A stretch of 64,000 bases of DNA from the human T2T-CHM13v2.0 reference genome, Homo sapiens: the NCBI RefSeq assembly GCF_009914755.1, contig NC_060929.1, one strand, 5' to 3'. Position 1 is the stretch's first letter; each line of letters starts with the position of its first letter. The position numbers were made by a program, and so were the translations under genes. Positions 16,211 through 29,950 of this stretch are shown piece after piece. Under the pieces are notes generated by a model. That model saw only the letters and a program-made list of their open reading frames with translations. It searched no databases and was not told the DNA's origin.

Positions 16211-19139
16211 TATAAATACATATAAATGAGTGAGCAAAGGCAGTGCAGGGTAGTAGCCCTGAGGTGGGAGAAAGCTTGAGTGATATGAACATAAGAGACT
16301 TGTTAGCTATAACCCAAGACAGTTTGCACCAATCCATCTGTTCTCATGCTACACACTAACATTTTTCTTTTAAACCAAAAGGGAGAAAATAATTCCTAAA
16401 TGCAGGATTTTTTAATCAACACAATCTGTGTGCTGTTCTCCATTCTGCCCTGTGACCTTGGGCAGGTCTAAATTCAATTCCAGCACTCCCTAAATCAGAC
16501 ACTCTGGGGGATACAAAGATGATTAAGACATAGCCCTTGCCTGGTGCTTGGTCTCCCCTCTCCTAATTTGTAAAAGGAGAATGCTTTCCCTCCACTGAGT
16601 TGGTGGAATTTTAACAAGGAAGACACAGACCCTCTCTCTCTCAGAATCCTCCTTCCTGAAGAATCAAGGTTTGCTTCAAATATGTGTTCACCTGGGGAAT
16701 CTTCTCCCAACACCCATCCAAGAAGAGTCTACCTCCCCCTCCTTGGGGTGTCCCCAGGGCCCTATTCATGCAGTTCTACTTTTCCATGCCATATCACAAC
16801 CTGCTGTCTCTTTTGGACTCTGAGGTCAGATGCAGTAAGAATTCTGCAGTAGTCACATCTATACTCGCCCGAGTTCCCTGCAGAGTGCCTGGCCAAAAGT
16901 CGGCATCAATATATGTTTACAGGAGGTGCAAAGGGAAGAATGTGAATACTTAAGTGAAAACGCTGCTCCAATTACCATAACAGCACCAAGAATAAACATG
17001 CCAAACAGGTCATGGCCAGCATGTACGTTTGAGGATGTTGTGGAGAGATAGAGCCACCATGGAGAGGGATAACTTCCAGCCAAACAGAAAATGGACTTGC
17101 GAGGAAGGGAGGGGCAGGGAGAAATGCATGTGTGTGGGACACTATGATGTAGCACAGATAAAAAGACACATATTGTCTCAGTGAAGCCTCAGGATGTCCT
17201 GGGAGGGTGACACTATCATCTCTACTACATACCTGAGAATACCAAGGTCCCTAAACAGGCTAGGGGGCTTGCTCACTCCAGCCTCCAGTTCCCTCACCAG
17301 CACACACATAAAGGCCAAAGTGAACATTTGACACCAGGACAAAATAACTCAAATCTGTGCTCTTAACTTCACCCATGCTGACTAATTTATGAAAAATATG
17401 GCCTAATTCTTCTACCACAGATATCACGCCAACATCCCTTGCCTGAGAACAGGAATTACCAGGTACCTACCACATGCCGAAATTGGGTCTCTGGGTTTAT
17501 AGATTGTTGCTATCCCACCCTGATAACACCTCAGACCTTAGCTTAGCCTGGTAGCAGCCTGAGGTCCCTGGAATGTCATTTTCATGTTTCTTCGCATATT
17601 GTATTGAGGGATGCTAGAACGATTGTACACCTAGCTTGTTTTGCACTGGCTTCTCATTCCTGTCTGGATAGTTACCACTAAGTAATTTAGTTTATCTGTG
17701 TCTCCACAAGCTTATTTGAAAACCATGGAACGCTGCTTACAGAAAATTAAGCTTCATTTTCTTTAAGCATCCAGCCAATAGCGCAGGCAGGAGATGGTGA
17801 TTTGGAGGTAACTGGCTTATGCATATGTAAACATGATGCATTTAGCAAATTATATAGACTTCGCACTTCAGAGCATTGAAGAAAACAAAGGTACCTTCCA
17901 AAGAAACTTTAGTGCAATTGAGTCATTCTGAAAGGAATACAGAATTACTGGTTTGTGAGAATAGTTGAGCTCAGATATGAATGGAAAATAATGGTGTGGA
18001 GCACAGGCATAGACAAGAATTTGAACAGGGTTAATTTTAGGTGGTATTACGGCATCTCTAAGGACTCCCAGGAATTATACCCCATAACGTGCCTTGAGAT
18101 TGAATTCATGGTGTAATGAGGTTGTATGTTTCAGACTCAATTCCACTGTGACTCTTCATGCTTTCCACAATTTCCCAGCATGTTTTTCTCCCTAAGCCCA
18201 GAGACAGAATTCTAGACATGCCTTGTGTTCACAAAGGATTGCAATGGTTAAAACATCCCTGAAATTTATTACATACCTTTTCCATTCTCCACCAGGTCCT
18301 TTTGCCTCAGTCCCATCTACCACATCAGCAATAAATTGCACTGATAATGTAATTAAAAATATCACCCCAGAAGAGCAACCTTATAAGCCACTGTTATGGA
18401 CTTTAGAACTCCTGGACAAGTCAAATTAGAGTACTTGGGTGTAAGTAGTTTCCAATTTGTAGCCCAAAGTCAAGATGGTTCATTTGTCTGCAGGTGCTGC
18501 ACCTAAGGGGTCCACTAGCTTGCAGTGCTCAAACTGCCAACAGTTGACTGCAAGGGTCCAAGTGGCACCAGTGCAGTTCAACTTGTCATGTTCATCAACA
18601 TCAACACCAGGAGTCCCGAGAGTTGCCATATATTAAACACCTACTCTTGCCAATACCCATGTTAGCACTTTGCCTTCATTTATTTCTTTTTTCATTTAAT
18701 CCTGGAGAAAATCCACTGAAATTATTATTTCAAGTGACTTTTATCCAGCTGCCACTGACTGCTTGTTGTAGGACAGGCACTCTACACCCAAATGTGATCT
18801 CATTGACTCAGCACACGAACGTTCTGTGAGGCGAGGATTTTAATTCATATCCTTTTTCCAGACTGTGAACCTGAAGAAGTTACAAAACATGTCTAAGTCA
18901 AGGAGCTAATAAGTGGCAGAACTGGGAGTCACATTCAGGTCATGGCCACAGTCATGTCTGTCCTGTTGTATCCTGCATTCTCACCATTTAAAAAGAGGTT
19001 CTAATTGCCAGAAAATGAGGACGAGCTGGAGAAAGAAGCACTTTGGGCATGCAGAGGTTATGTTGGTCTCTGGTACATAATTCTTCCCTTTCTTCTCCCT
19101 GCCATCCTCCCACACACACACACATGCAATTCCAAGTGA

Positions 19140-19310
19140 TAGATTCATTAATTCTCACAACTCTTTGAGGCAGGCACTATTTATCATTCCCATTTTACAG
19201 CTGTGGAGACTGAGGCTTGGGGAAGTGACATAACCAGTGAAATATATAATAGGGTCAAAGTTTGCCCCAAGGCTGTCTGATTCCAGGTCCCAAACTCTCA
19301 GCCAGAAGGT
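19140..19310 (-). mobile_element. MIR
   Basis: cccattttacagctgtggagactgaggct. Confidence 0.75.
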
Positions 19311-19489
19311 TCTATAATAGTTAATCTAATAATTAGAGGCATGTTTCTGATGGTCCAAGAGCTAATTCTAATTAGGGTTCTGCCTCAAGATGAGGGGCAA
19401 ACACTGAAAATTATGACCTGTTAGATTTTCTGTAATACTTAAGTCGAAAAAGCACAGGTGGGTGCAAAGATGATGTTGTACTCTTACAA

Positions 19490-19890
19490 CTATAAGGCTT
19501 ATCATAGAAAAAATAACCTAGAAATAATGTCTAATATTAGGGGTTAAGTTGTGGTTCACAAATACGTTGGAAAACTGCGAAGGCATTAAAAATTTGCCAA
19601 AGAAGAATATTATGACATGGAAAATGTTTATGATACATTAAGTGAAAAAAAGCAGCTTACAAAAGCATCTATGATTTGACCCCACTTTTGTAACATGAAA
19701 TGAATAATGTGGATGTGTGGAGTGAGTTGGAGGGAGAAAGAGAGACACAGAGAGAGAGACAGGGGAAGGTATATAATAAAAGGTTAACAGTGGTCTCTGA
19801 CATGAGAAGAGCATGGTTCTTTTTCTCCTATTGCCTATAGATGTTTTCTAATTTTCTACAATTAACATTGTATCCATCATTTTGTGATTT
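19490..19890 (+). mobile_element. Old L1M 3' end
   Basis: gacatggaaaatgtttatgatacattaagtgaaaaaaagcagcttacaaaa. Confidence 0.65.
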
Positions 19891-20651
19891 CTTTTTAGGT
19901 TTTGTTTTGTTTTGTTTTGTTTTTTGGCCTAAGAACTTGAATGTATGTGGTATAAGACAAAAACACTCCGATGAGACTCAGAAAAGATTGCTGGAGATCA
20001 GAACAGACTATCTCAGAGTCTTGAGTTTGTGGATATTTCCTGAAAAGTCTTTCATGATAACATTCACTTGGCAAACTTTCTTTGTTGACTTGGACTGCAG
20101 CCTCGTGTTAAAGAGAGTTTATTTAAATTTGCTTAACCTGGAGGTTCCCCAATTTATATGACCACACAACATTTTTTATGTGCAGTATATAATTGGTATC
20201 TTGCAGCTCTGAGGAACCCAGTCTGGGAATCATTTGCCTAGAGAACATTTTTTATTCATATCTATGATCTATGTGTAGTCCGAATGCCAACCTCTCCCTC
20301 CAGAAATTCTCATTCTCTAACACCTGTAAAACTAATGAATTTTTCCTCTCTGCATCCCCCATAAATACTTTCAGAATTTAACTAAATGAAGCAGAAATAT
20401 TTGTACTCCCTCTAGACATGGGATACCTGGATCTGTAGACATAAATTCCAGTCAAAATACTTTGTGAAATATGAGACACTTCTCTTTTTCACTGCATCTA
20501 CTGCTAATATTGCTAAGAGTGTTATAAACAGGAGTTACAGTTTTTTTTAAGAGCTTGCCTTGGGAGCCGGGTCAGCAGAGATCTGCAGGTAGTGGAGACA
20601 GTGGGGGCGCATCGGGGTAGTAAAGATGGCTCTGACTATCTCCTTCCTTGT

Positions 20652-21073
20652 TGATATAGTTTGGATATTTGTCCTTGCCCAAATCTATGTTGAATTGCAA
20701 TCCCCAGTGCTGACAATGGGGTCTGCTGGGAGGTGTTTGGATCATGGAGGTGGATCCCTCATGGCTTGGTGCTGTCTTCATGATATTGACTTCTTGCAAG
20801 ATCTGGTCATTTAAAAGTGTGTGGCACCTCTCTTCTTCCTCCCCCTATGCCCCCACTTCTCTTGCTTTGTTCTGTTTTTGCCATGGGATATGCTTGATCC
20901 CACTTCACCTTCCTTCATGAGTAAAATGCTTTCTGAGGTCTCCCCAGAAGCACTTGCCAGCACTATGCTTCCTGTTCAGCCTGCAGAATCGTGAGCCAAC
21001 TCAACCTCTTTCCTTATAAATTACCCAGTCTCAGAGGTATTTCTTTACAGCAATGCAAAAATGGCCTAAGACA
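20652..21073 (+). mobile_element. MST-family (MSTB-like) MaLR solo LTR
   Basis: tgatatagtttggatatttgtcc...cccaaatc...ataaattacccagtctcag...ggcctaagaca. Confidence 0.9.
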
Positions 21074-21838
21074 CTCACTGAGTCCATTTTCCTTGGCCAT
21101 GTGGTCCCAAGTAGGGGTGTGGTCTAAAGACATTCAGGTTCACACATATATCCTTGCTAGTCCAAGAGTGGAAATCTTTCGGCATCAAGATTTGGAGTTT
21201 TATTCAAAAAGTGCCCTTAGACATAATTTACAAGCTAGTTAAGCCTGCTATGCCCAGATTGTAAGTATCCAGGATAGAGGAAGAAGAGAGAGACCCTCTT
21301 GGGTCTCTCAGATCTATCCACAAGAGGGACTTTCTGTGTCAATATACCTGAGCTTATCACCCATAATGGAATATGTACATAGCTAAGACTCATTAATCCA
21401 ATTTTCTATCTCAAGGGATATTAGAATCCTGACAAGAACAAATTCCTGAGAGGGTCAGAATATCTTTTATTTAGTTTGTTTTGCTTTTTTAATCTTGTGT
21501 AATGATGTGAAAACCGCCAAGGACTCCAGCAGAAACCACCCATTTATCTGACAGTTATTCTGTACACGGTGGGGGTCTTGCTGAGAAAACTTGGCAGGGT
21601 GAACAGACAAAGGTCAAGCCCATTTGGAGGTGACTTCTCCAGAACAGATAGATTCTCTCCTGTGAAATTAAGCTGGAGCTAATTCAAAAAGTGTCTTTGG
21701 GTAAAAGCGAATTCTGAAACCTCATTTTTCTACTTTTGCCAAGAGGTGGCTTAAGTAGCTGTGGAGAAGAATTTGTAGCATGGTTATCACAGTAGTCTTG
21801 GGAAAGTAAAATTGGTCTGCTTTTTAAAGAACAGAGCA

Positions 21839-22155
<317 letters not shown>

Positions 22156-24710
22156 TCAGACACTAGTGCTGGTACCATTCACATTCACACTCACATTCAG
22201 GGCACATTTTCCCACAAGGTTCTCCTTCCCCAAATAGGAGCCTGAAGGAATCTGGGAAGCACAGTCAGAGCCCTAAAAGGTCCTGCTTTGGATGTTGTCA
22301 CCCTTTGACAGTTCTCAGCATGGGAGAAAATGGGGTCTGTTTGTGTGCACACATGCATATGTAATAGACTGTAATAGACTACAGAGGGGGAAATCCCATC
22401 CTGCCCTTCTGCATGCAAATCCTCTCAAGGTGACAGATTTGTTCTGAGACATGTCTGTGGCCTGCCCCTCTGGAGGCATGGAGCAGATCCCAGGAAGTGG
22501 CCACAGAATGGGACTGCTTTTAACATCCCCCAAGTCAGGATACCATTTTAAAAGGCTCTAGCACCTAAGCACGTGACAATGAGCCCAGTGACAGATGGCT
22601 TTTAAGGGAACCTAGCCAGCGTAGAGAAGTGTGGAGGAAAGGAGGAGAGAAATCATTCCATATTGTGGTTCCAAGATTTGGAGTCTGAAGGATACTCCTA
22701 CTGAAATGGCTAGAGTTAGGCAGGTCAACTTCACTGCAGAAGAAGGAGAAGGCCTAGGGGAGATAAGGGTGATGGAATCAGGGTGTCAATACCCCACTGG
22801 AAAAAAGGCCGCTTTTCATCGCAAAATCAGACCACTAACAAACCCCCGCACGTTCCTACCTCTGGACCTTTACAAACATGAACATCCCTCCCAAACTGCT
22901 ATGCTCTCCTTGTGAGCTCTGAGATTTCACTCATGTGAATACTGGTAAAAATAATATTCCCACCTCACACATTGTCAGGCAGAATAAATGAAGGTCATGC
23001 AATACCGCAAGCACGAGCACAGCAGAAAGTGGGTATTTAACAAGCCGGACATCCATAGAACACTCATTCTCTGTCTTACGTACTTAGAACTCTTTGCAAG
23101 TGAGGAGCTGAATAGATAATACGTTCATAAGTTGAAATTCAAATGGCATTTCCCAAATAAGAAGACCTAGAAAATAAATCCTATACCAAACAATAAATTT
23201 TCTGTGGGAAACAGGCTTGTACTAAAAAACCCAGATTATAAGAACTTGGAAAAATCAAACAGGTCATCTTAACACCAACTGGTGTCTAACAGTGAAAACA
23301 TGAAGAAGTCATCTAGTTCTTGCACAATTTTTATCACAGGGATGGGGTATATTTTTCTAGACTTCCGGAAGGAAACAAACAACCCAACTTAGAGTTTGAG
23401 TTAGGGTAGAGAAAGGCTGCCCAGGCATCAAATGAGGCTGTCTAGGACCAAAACTATTTGCTGTATTTTAAGAGAGCAAAACAATCAAAAACAGCAGCCT
23501 ACTATGGCCTCACGTTCACAATGCTGTGAGATGGCCCTGCAGGTGGTCCAAGAAGTGGAACCTAGTGGGGAGTAAAGGAGAAACCAGGAACGATGGGGCT
23601 TTGTTTTGGGTACAGGTGTTGGGCCACTCCTATGTGCTCAAGCACATGTGGAGGCTGGAGCGCTGAGGCTCCTCCTTCTGACTGGGAAGTACTCGAGGCC
23701 CTGCAGCATGCTGTGGCCCCCACAGTTCTCCTCCCCTGTTCTTCTAGCTGGCCTCACACGACCTGCTGAGGCAGGAGCTCTCAAGGCTGCCTGCTGCTTA
23801 TGTGAAGGGAGGACCTCAGCTACCACAGAGCGAGGAATTAAATAGTCAACTCAGCCACAGGAGGCAGCACATGTGGCTTCTGGATTTGAGTCTGCCTCCC
23901 TACAAGGCTTTGGCAACTACAGACAGCATTACATTTCTGTCTCTCTTATGGCAGTACCTTGATGTGGTAGGAGCTTCATACACAGTTGCTATTGGCTACC
24001 AATTAAGAAGCTGAGGCTGGTGTTCTTGCTTCTTTTCTGAGCCAAATTCCAAGGGGAAATTTAAATGACTTAAAAAGTCATAAAAGAAAACAAGAATAAT
24101 AATTTTGGAATTACATTATTCTCAACACCTAGCTATGTATATATGTAAACAAATAATATGTAAGTAGGGTCTTTGCTCTAATAATTAAAAACTATAATAT
24201 TGCAAGATTCTTTAGACAGAACCACAAAACAATATATGACGCTGAAAAGGTAATAACACAATGAATGTCTTAAAGGACATCATAATAGAATTATCCAACC
24301 AGTGGCATCATTATATTTGTTATTTTAAAAGAAAAAAGTTGCAAAAAGTTAAAACTCCACCTCACAAAACACATCATTGTAAGTTTTACAGGGATTAAAG
24401 GATTAGGCTAAAAACAATTAACAGTACCAATTATTAAAAGATGAATAAAGAGGGGGTCTGTATATATCAAAGCCATAAAGGAAAAATTTTAAAAAATTCT
24501 AAAATCGAGTATAAAAATGAAAGGTTTATGTTCATTAAAAGACTCACTATAGCCCCACACCGTGGAAGACAGCCTATGGGCAACCAGCCACAATTACATC
24601 CAAGCAAATCAAGCCAGAAAATTCTCCAAATTACAATTCAATCTAAAAGTCCCCAAAGCTTAGAAGGAAACATCTAGCATTAATTGCCCTGTGTCAGCTT
24701 CAGCCTGGAA

Positions 24711-24923
24711 CAGTGGTTCTCAACCAGGGCTAGTTTTGCCCCCGAGGGGACATTTGGTAATGTGTGGAGACACTTTTGTCCTTCATAACTGGAACAGTGC
24801 TACCAGCATCTTGTGGGTAGAGGCCAGGGATGTTGTTAACATCTTATAATGCACAGATCAGCCCCCAGCACAGAAAAATCATCCCACCCAAAACGGCAAC
24901 AGTGCCCAGGTTGAAAAACCCTA
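24711..24923 (+). mobile_element. MER20 (hAT-Charlie) DNA transposon
   Basis: cagtggttctcaacc...gggacatttgg...gggtagaggccagggatg...ggttgaaaaacccta with terminal inverted repeats. Confidence 0.9.
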
Positions 24924-25849
24924 GTGTAGAAGAGAAAAGGGGTTTATTCTGTGGAAGATATGACTAAGTGGGGACCAGTCAGGTGACCTGGAGGAAGAAG
25001 TGGACACAGGTCTAAACCTCAGGACTCTGGTCAACGTGGAACCATCACTGGGTTAATTCCTACTATAATACGTATAAATCATTACCCTGCATATATTAAT
25101 AGTTGTAATTTGCTGAAGCCTTCCTTTCCCCTCACCTTGTCCCCTCCCTCAGGTATCTCATATAGTGACAATGAAGTGTTATAACCCTCAGGAGGTACAT
25201 GATAACCATTGAAGATACTGATACGAAAGTATGGATATGTACATCCACAGAGGAATGACTGATGAGGCAAATCACCCCTTCCCCCCATTAGTTAAAAACT
25301 CTAGAAGAATGCTCTGCCCCTCTCCTTCTTAGAGGCGTATTTTATTTGCTTTTTCTCTCCTTATTATACAAATGCATATTAGGATTTTTTTTGAGTATAT
25401 ATTTTACCTTGCCTGTAATTATTCCTCTCTCTTTTTTCAAAATGTATACCTGAATCATTTTTAAAATTTTAAAAAAAGAAATAACTAAGTTACTATAAAT
25501 GATGTTACAAGACAAGCTGGAAAACAGTTTGGAAAAAGGCAGAGTCAATATTCTTCATATATAAAAAGTTCTTTCAAATCAATAGCAAGACCATTAAGAA
25601 TGTAATTGAAAAATCAACAAAGGCAACGAGCAAATGCTCTAGAGTGAGAAGAAATACAAATAGCCAATAAATACACACACATACACAAAAGTGTTTCACT
25701 TCAATAGTAATAAAAAAGTAAATGGAAATAATAAAATACTATAGTATGCTTACAAAATTGGCAGACATTAAAAATATAACTGCTACTTATACACTGCTGG
25801 GGTCAGATGTGAATGTAAATAATCCAATCTTCCTTAAAATCATTTTGAT

Positions 25850-26285
25850 TATGGGAAATTTACAAAATAAATTACTGGTTTCTAATTATAAATGCTATAC
25901 TTGCTTGTGCAGAAAGTTTATAAAATATCAAAAAGTATAAAAATGAAAATCAAATCACCTATCACTTCAACACCTGAGAAATAATTTTAACGTTTTGCTA
26001 TACTTTTCCTAGTTTTATCTCAAGGTGTTTATGGGTATGTGTGTATCATGTTATACATACAGTTTAGTGCCTTGCTCTTTTTCACTTAGGATTGTATTGT
26101 GAGTGTATTCCTATACTATCACATTACCTTTTAAAACATAATTTATGGTTGTAAAATATGATGTCATATTTGTATAGCTAACCACTCCCCTATTGTCAAA
26201 TATGTAGGTTTTTCACTGTGCTTTTGTTTTTGTCTTTCATAAACAATGCGGTAAACATCATCGTTGTGCCTCAATCTTTTCTGAA
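25850..26285 (-). mobile_element. Old L1ME 3' fragment (antisense)
   Basis: ttgctctttttcacttag...taaccactcccctattg...aaacaatgcggtaaacatc. Confidence 0.6.
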
Positions 26286-26289
26286 TTTT

Positions 26290-28270
26290 CAATGATTGCT
26301 ATTTGCCAAGATTTTACTTAGAATGACAGGAAAATGAAGACAGTGTGAGACAAACAAAAAATAGATATTTTGCAACAAACAGACCCTCATTACAGGAATT
26401 TCCATTAAAATATACTGTACTTCAGACAGAAGAAAAGTGCCCACAGACAGGACTTCTGAAGTGCAAAAAGGAATGATAGACAAAGGAAAAGGAAAATATG
26501 TAGGTAAAACCAAGCAAAACATAAACTATATAAAATAATAATATCTTGGAAGTTAGAAAATGTAACACACAAACCCATATCAATAATGCCATATAAGTTA
26601 GAGCTAAAGTATCCTAAACTTCTTCCTTGTATTGTCTGGGAGGAACACAGAGATACTGATTAAGTTTAGGCTCTGACAAGTAAAGTATGCATGCCAAAAT
26701 CTCTGGATTACAAACTAAGAGAATAGAATAGGGTGGTTATCTTTAAGACTAATGAGCATAAAAAAATAGGAAAAAGAATCCAAAATTAGAAAAAAAGGAG
26801 AGATAAAAAGCAGAAAATATTAATAAGAGAGTAGAATTTCCATAACTCTATGTAGGTTAAATTATAACAGAATGAAAAAAAAACCCCATCTGATTGCTGT
26901 TACCAGACAACCAAGACAAAAAGGATAAAGAAATATTTAATATAAAAGGATAAAATTTTAAAAAGATATTCTAGGTACATACTAAGAGAGTGGCAGTAGC
27001 TATATTATCAGACTTTTAATATCAGAATTCTTAATTATCAAAATTCAAAAAAGACTACTGAAAACAGAATCAAAACACAATAAGAGGTTCACATCACCAG
27101 AAATGCAGTCTCCCTAAAATGTATGCACTTAATAATATAAAAGATATTCAGAAGAAAATAGAATATGTTTATGACTTCAAGGTCGGGAAGGATTTTCAAG
27201 TAAGGTAGGAAAGGATTTTTAAAGAAGGACCCAAAAGACTGCAAAATTGGATGGTATAAAATTAACAATTTCTTTGTATTAAAAGACACTACAAAGAGTA
27301 AAAAGAAGCAGCCCACAAACTGGGAGAGGATATTTGGAACACACAACTGAAAAAAGGTTAGTATCCAGAATAGAAGAATAATTCTATAAATAAATTTTTT
27401 AAAAGACAACCCAATACAAAAATCAAGAAGAGACATGAACAGGAACTTAATAAATGAGAAAGCCAGAATGACCAATAAATATAAGAAAAGATGCCCATAA
27501 ATGCCAAAGAAAACCACGAAGATCCTATTTCATACACACCAGGTTGGCAAAAGTTAAAAACAACCTAAAAAAATAGAAAAGAAGTGTTGGTGAGGATGTG
27601 AAATAACCAGAACTTTCATGCACTCATGGTAGAAGCATCAGTGGAACAATGACTGTGGAATACTATTTGCCATTTCTTATAAAGTTGAAAATAAGCATTT
27701 ATTATTCCTCAATAATTTCATTCCTAGGTATATGCCCTGCATAAAATCATTTGTACACATACACCCAGAGAAGTGTAAGAATGTTAATATCAGCATTGTT
27801 TATGATAGGGAAAACTGGAAAAAAGAAATGCCCATCAAAAGTATATGTTCTTGTTTACAATGTTGAATGCTACATAACAGCAAATGTGATTGAAATTTAG
27901 CTACATGCAGCAGCATAGATAAATTTTGGGAATGCAGCATTGAGTGAAGAATACGATATGATTCCATCTACAAAAATATTCTAAAGCAAGCAAAACTGAA
28001 CAAAATATCATTAAGGGATGCAAATATGTGCCAAACTATAAAGAAAATTAATGTAGCAATAAACACAGAAGTCAATATGATAGTTAGCACGAAATAAGGA
28101 GGAGAGAGGATGGGGTTAGGAGGTGACACAAGGTAACTTGGAAATTAATGGCAATAATAAAGTTACTGGTGTTCTTTCTTTGTATTGTTACCGTTTATCC
28201 CTTACACACATTTCATAGATTTAAAAAATTACCTATTTTATATTAAATAAAATTCTAACAAATTAAAAAT
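26290..28270 (+). mobile_element. Old, internally deleted L1ME element
   Basis: A-rich degenerate ORF2/3'UTR motifs (gtgttggtgaggatgtg, tttcattcctaggtatatgccc, gatatgattccatc). Confidence 0.75.
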
Positions 28271-28643
28271 GAATATACTAGCTGTGTTTCATTAAGGTAG
28301 TTCTGAGCCTAACTGTATTCACAATAATCTGGCAGCCATGAGAGAACATCTTTCTGCGAACTAGAAAACTCCAAAATGGAATGCAGTTATTCTACAAATT
28401 ATTCTGGTTGTTCAACATCCTTGGAACTACTCTAAATTATGCTTTGCTTGGGAAGAAGATGACAATATTTTCCATTGATTGGTACTGCTCAAGATGCAGT
28501 TGATTTTTTTAATACCCATATGTTTCACTGAGAAAAGAGATGATATCAATAATGAGTTTAAAGAGAAAGATCTATGCTGACAAAAATGTTTGCTTGATGC
28601 AGAAGTTTTAGCTCTAAAAGAAAACAAATTTTTGGAAAAAAAC

Positions 28644-29192
28644 TGTGGCAGTTTATATTTTCAAAATATGCTCTTCTTTATAATGCGACCTTGGCACACT
28701 TGCTTAGAGAGATGGCATCTCTCTGTCCCCTCCTTTTACTTGGACAGAGCTTTGTGACCGACCTACAGAGTATGGAAGGACTGATGCATGATGACTTGCC
28801 AGCCTAGGTCATTAAAGGTGACAGAGCTTCCCCTCAACCCCACCTTCTCCCTTCCATACCACATTGCTAGCTCTGCCTGTCTCTGGACACTTGCCCTGGG
28901 AATCTAGCTGCCAAGTTCTGAGGAAGCCCAAGAGACCACAAGTGGGTGTTCCAGCCAACAGCCCCAATTCATGTACTAGCTGACAGCCAGTTTCAATGCC
29001 AAACATGGAAGAATGCTTTTAATACGACTCCAGTCCCAGGCACTATCTGCCTGCAACCACATAAGAGACCCCAAGTGCAAACCACCCCAGTTGACCTGAA
29101 GAACCACCATAGATACTGACGATCAGTAATTTGTTATTATCTTGTCACCAAGATCGGGGCAGTTTGTTACAGGGCAAGAAATAACTGAAACA
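28644..29192 (+). mobile_element. MLT1 (MLT1G/H-like) MaLR solo LTR
   Basis: tgtggcag...ctgaggaagcccaag...ctgcaaccacataagagacccc...ggcagtttgttacagggcaagaaataactgaaaca. Confidence 0.8.
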
Positions 29193-29689
29193 AACTATGA
29201 TTTTAAGCTCCTTTAAGGCAAGTAGAGGAAAGAGGATATAGAATATTACACTCATGCAAGACGCCCAGGATGTACAATGAAGCCCTGCTACTAAGTAGCT
29301 GCGTGCCTGGTTAAGCTCTGTGAGCTTCAATTTCCCTAAGCGAAAAAAAGTGTCGATTTATATCAATTTACATGTCTCAAGGTTTTTTAAGCATAGGATA
29401 TATTGCATGAAAGTCAGATCATATACAGTAAACAACAAAGGGCAGCTATTGACATTAGTATTACTGTTGTTAGGGCTGGTATTTGGGTGGCCAGCGTTCT
29501 CTTCCAGACCTCTTCCATTCCTATATGGGCCATAGATAGAATTCTCCACTGCTCATTGGCTGAGAACACATCAATTGTGTCTGCAGCTCACACGAGGGAC
29601 CAGTTAGTTTCACTTTTCTCTGAGTTTGCTCTTTCTTTCCTATTCCTTAATCTTGGTTCTGATTCCCAGGCAGCAAAGCCTAGCAAATA

Positions 29690-29950
29690 AGAGAGGCAGC
29701 ACAGTGTAGTGGATACAGGCATAAATGCTGGAGCTGACTGCCTGAGTTTGGATCCTGGCTCTGCTTCTTGCTGTCTTTGTTACCTGGGACAACTTGTATG
29801 CTTTCTTTGCCTCAATGTCTTCATCTTAAGAATGGGACTAAGAATACTATCTATCTTACAGGGCTTTTAAGAGGATTCAAATAAATGAATTAACATATAT
29901 AGTTCTTAGAACTTTGATATATAGTAAATTTCTTAGTAAGCATTGAGAGC
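29690..29950 (+). mobile_element. Near full-length MIR
   Basis: gaggcagcacagtgtagtgg...tgcctgagtttggatcctggctctgc...gcctcaatgtcttcatct. Confidence 0.85.

Noticed and set aside
27089-27517. 142-aa hydrophobic minus-strand ORF
   Set aside because: Antisense reading of A-rich L1ME sequence
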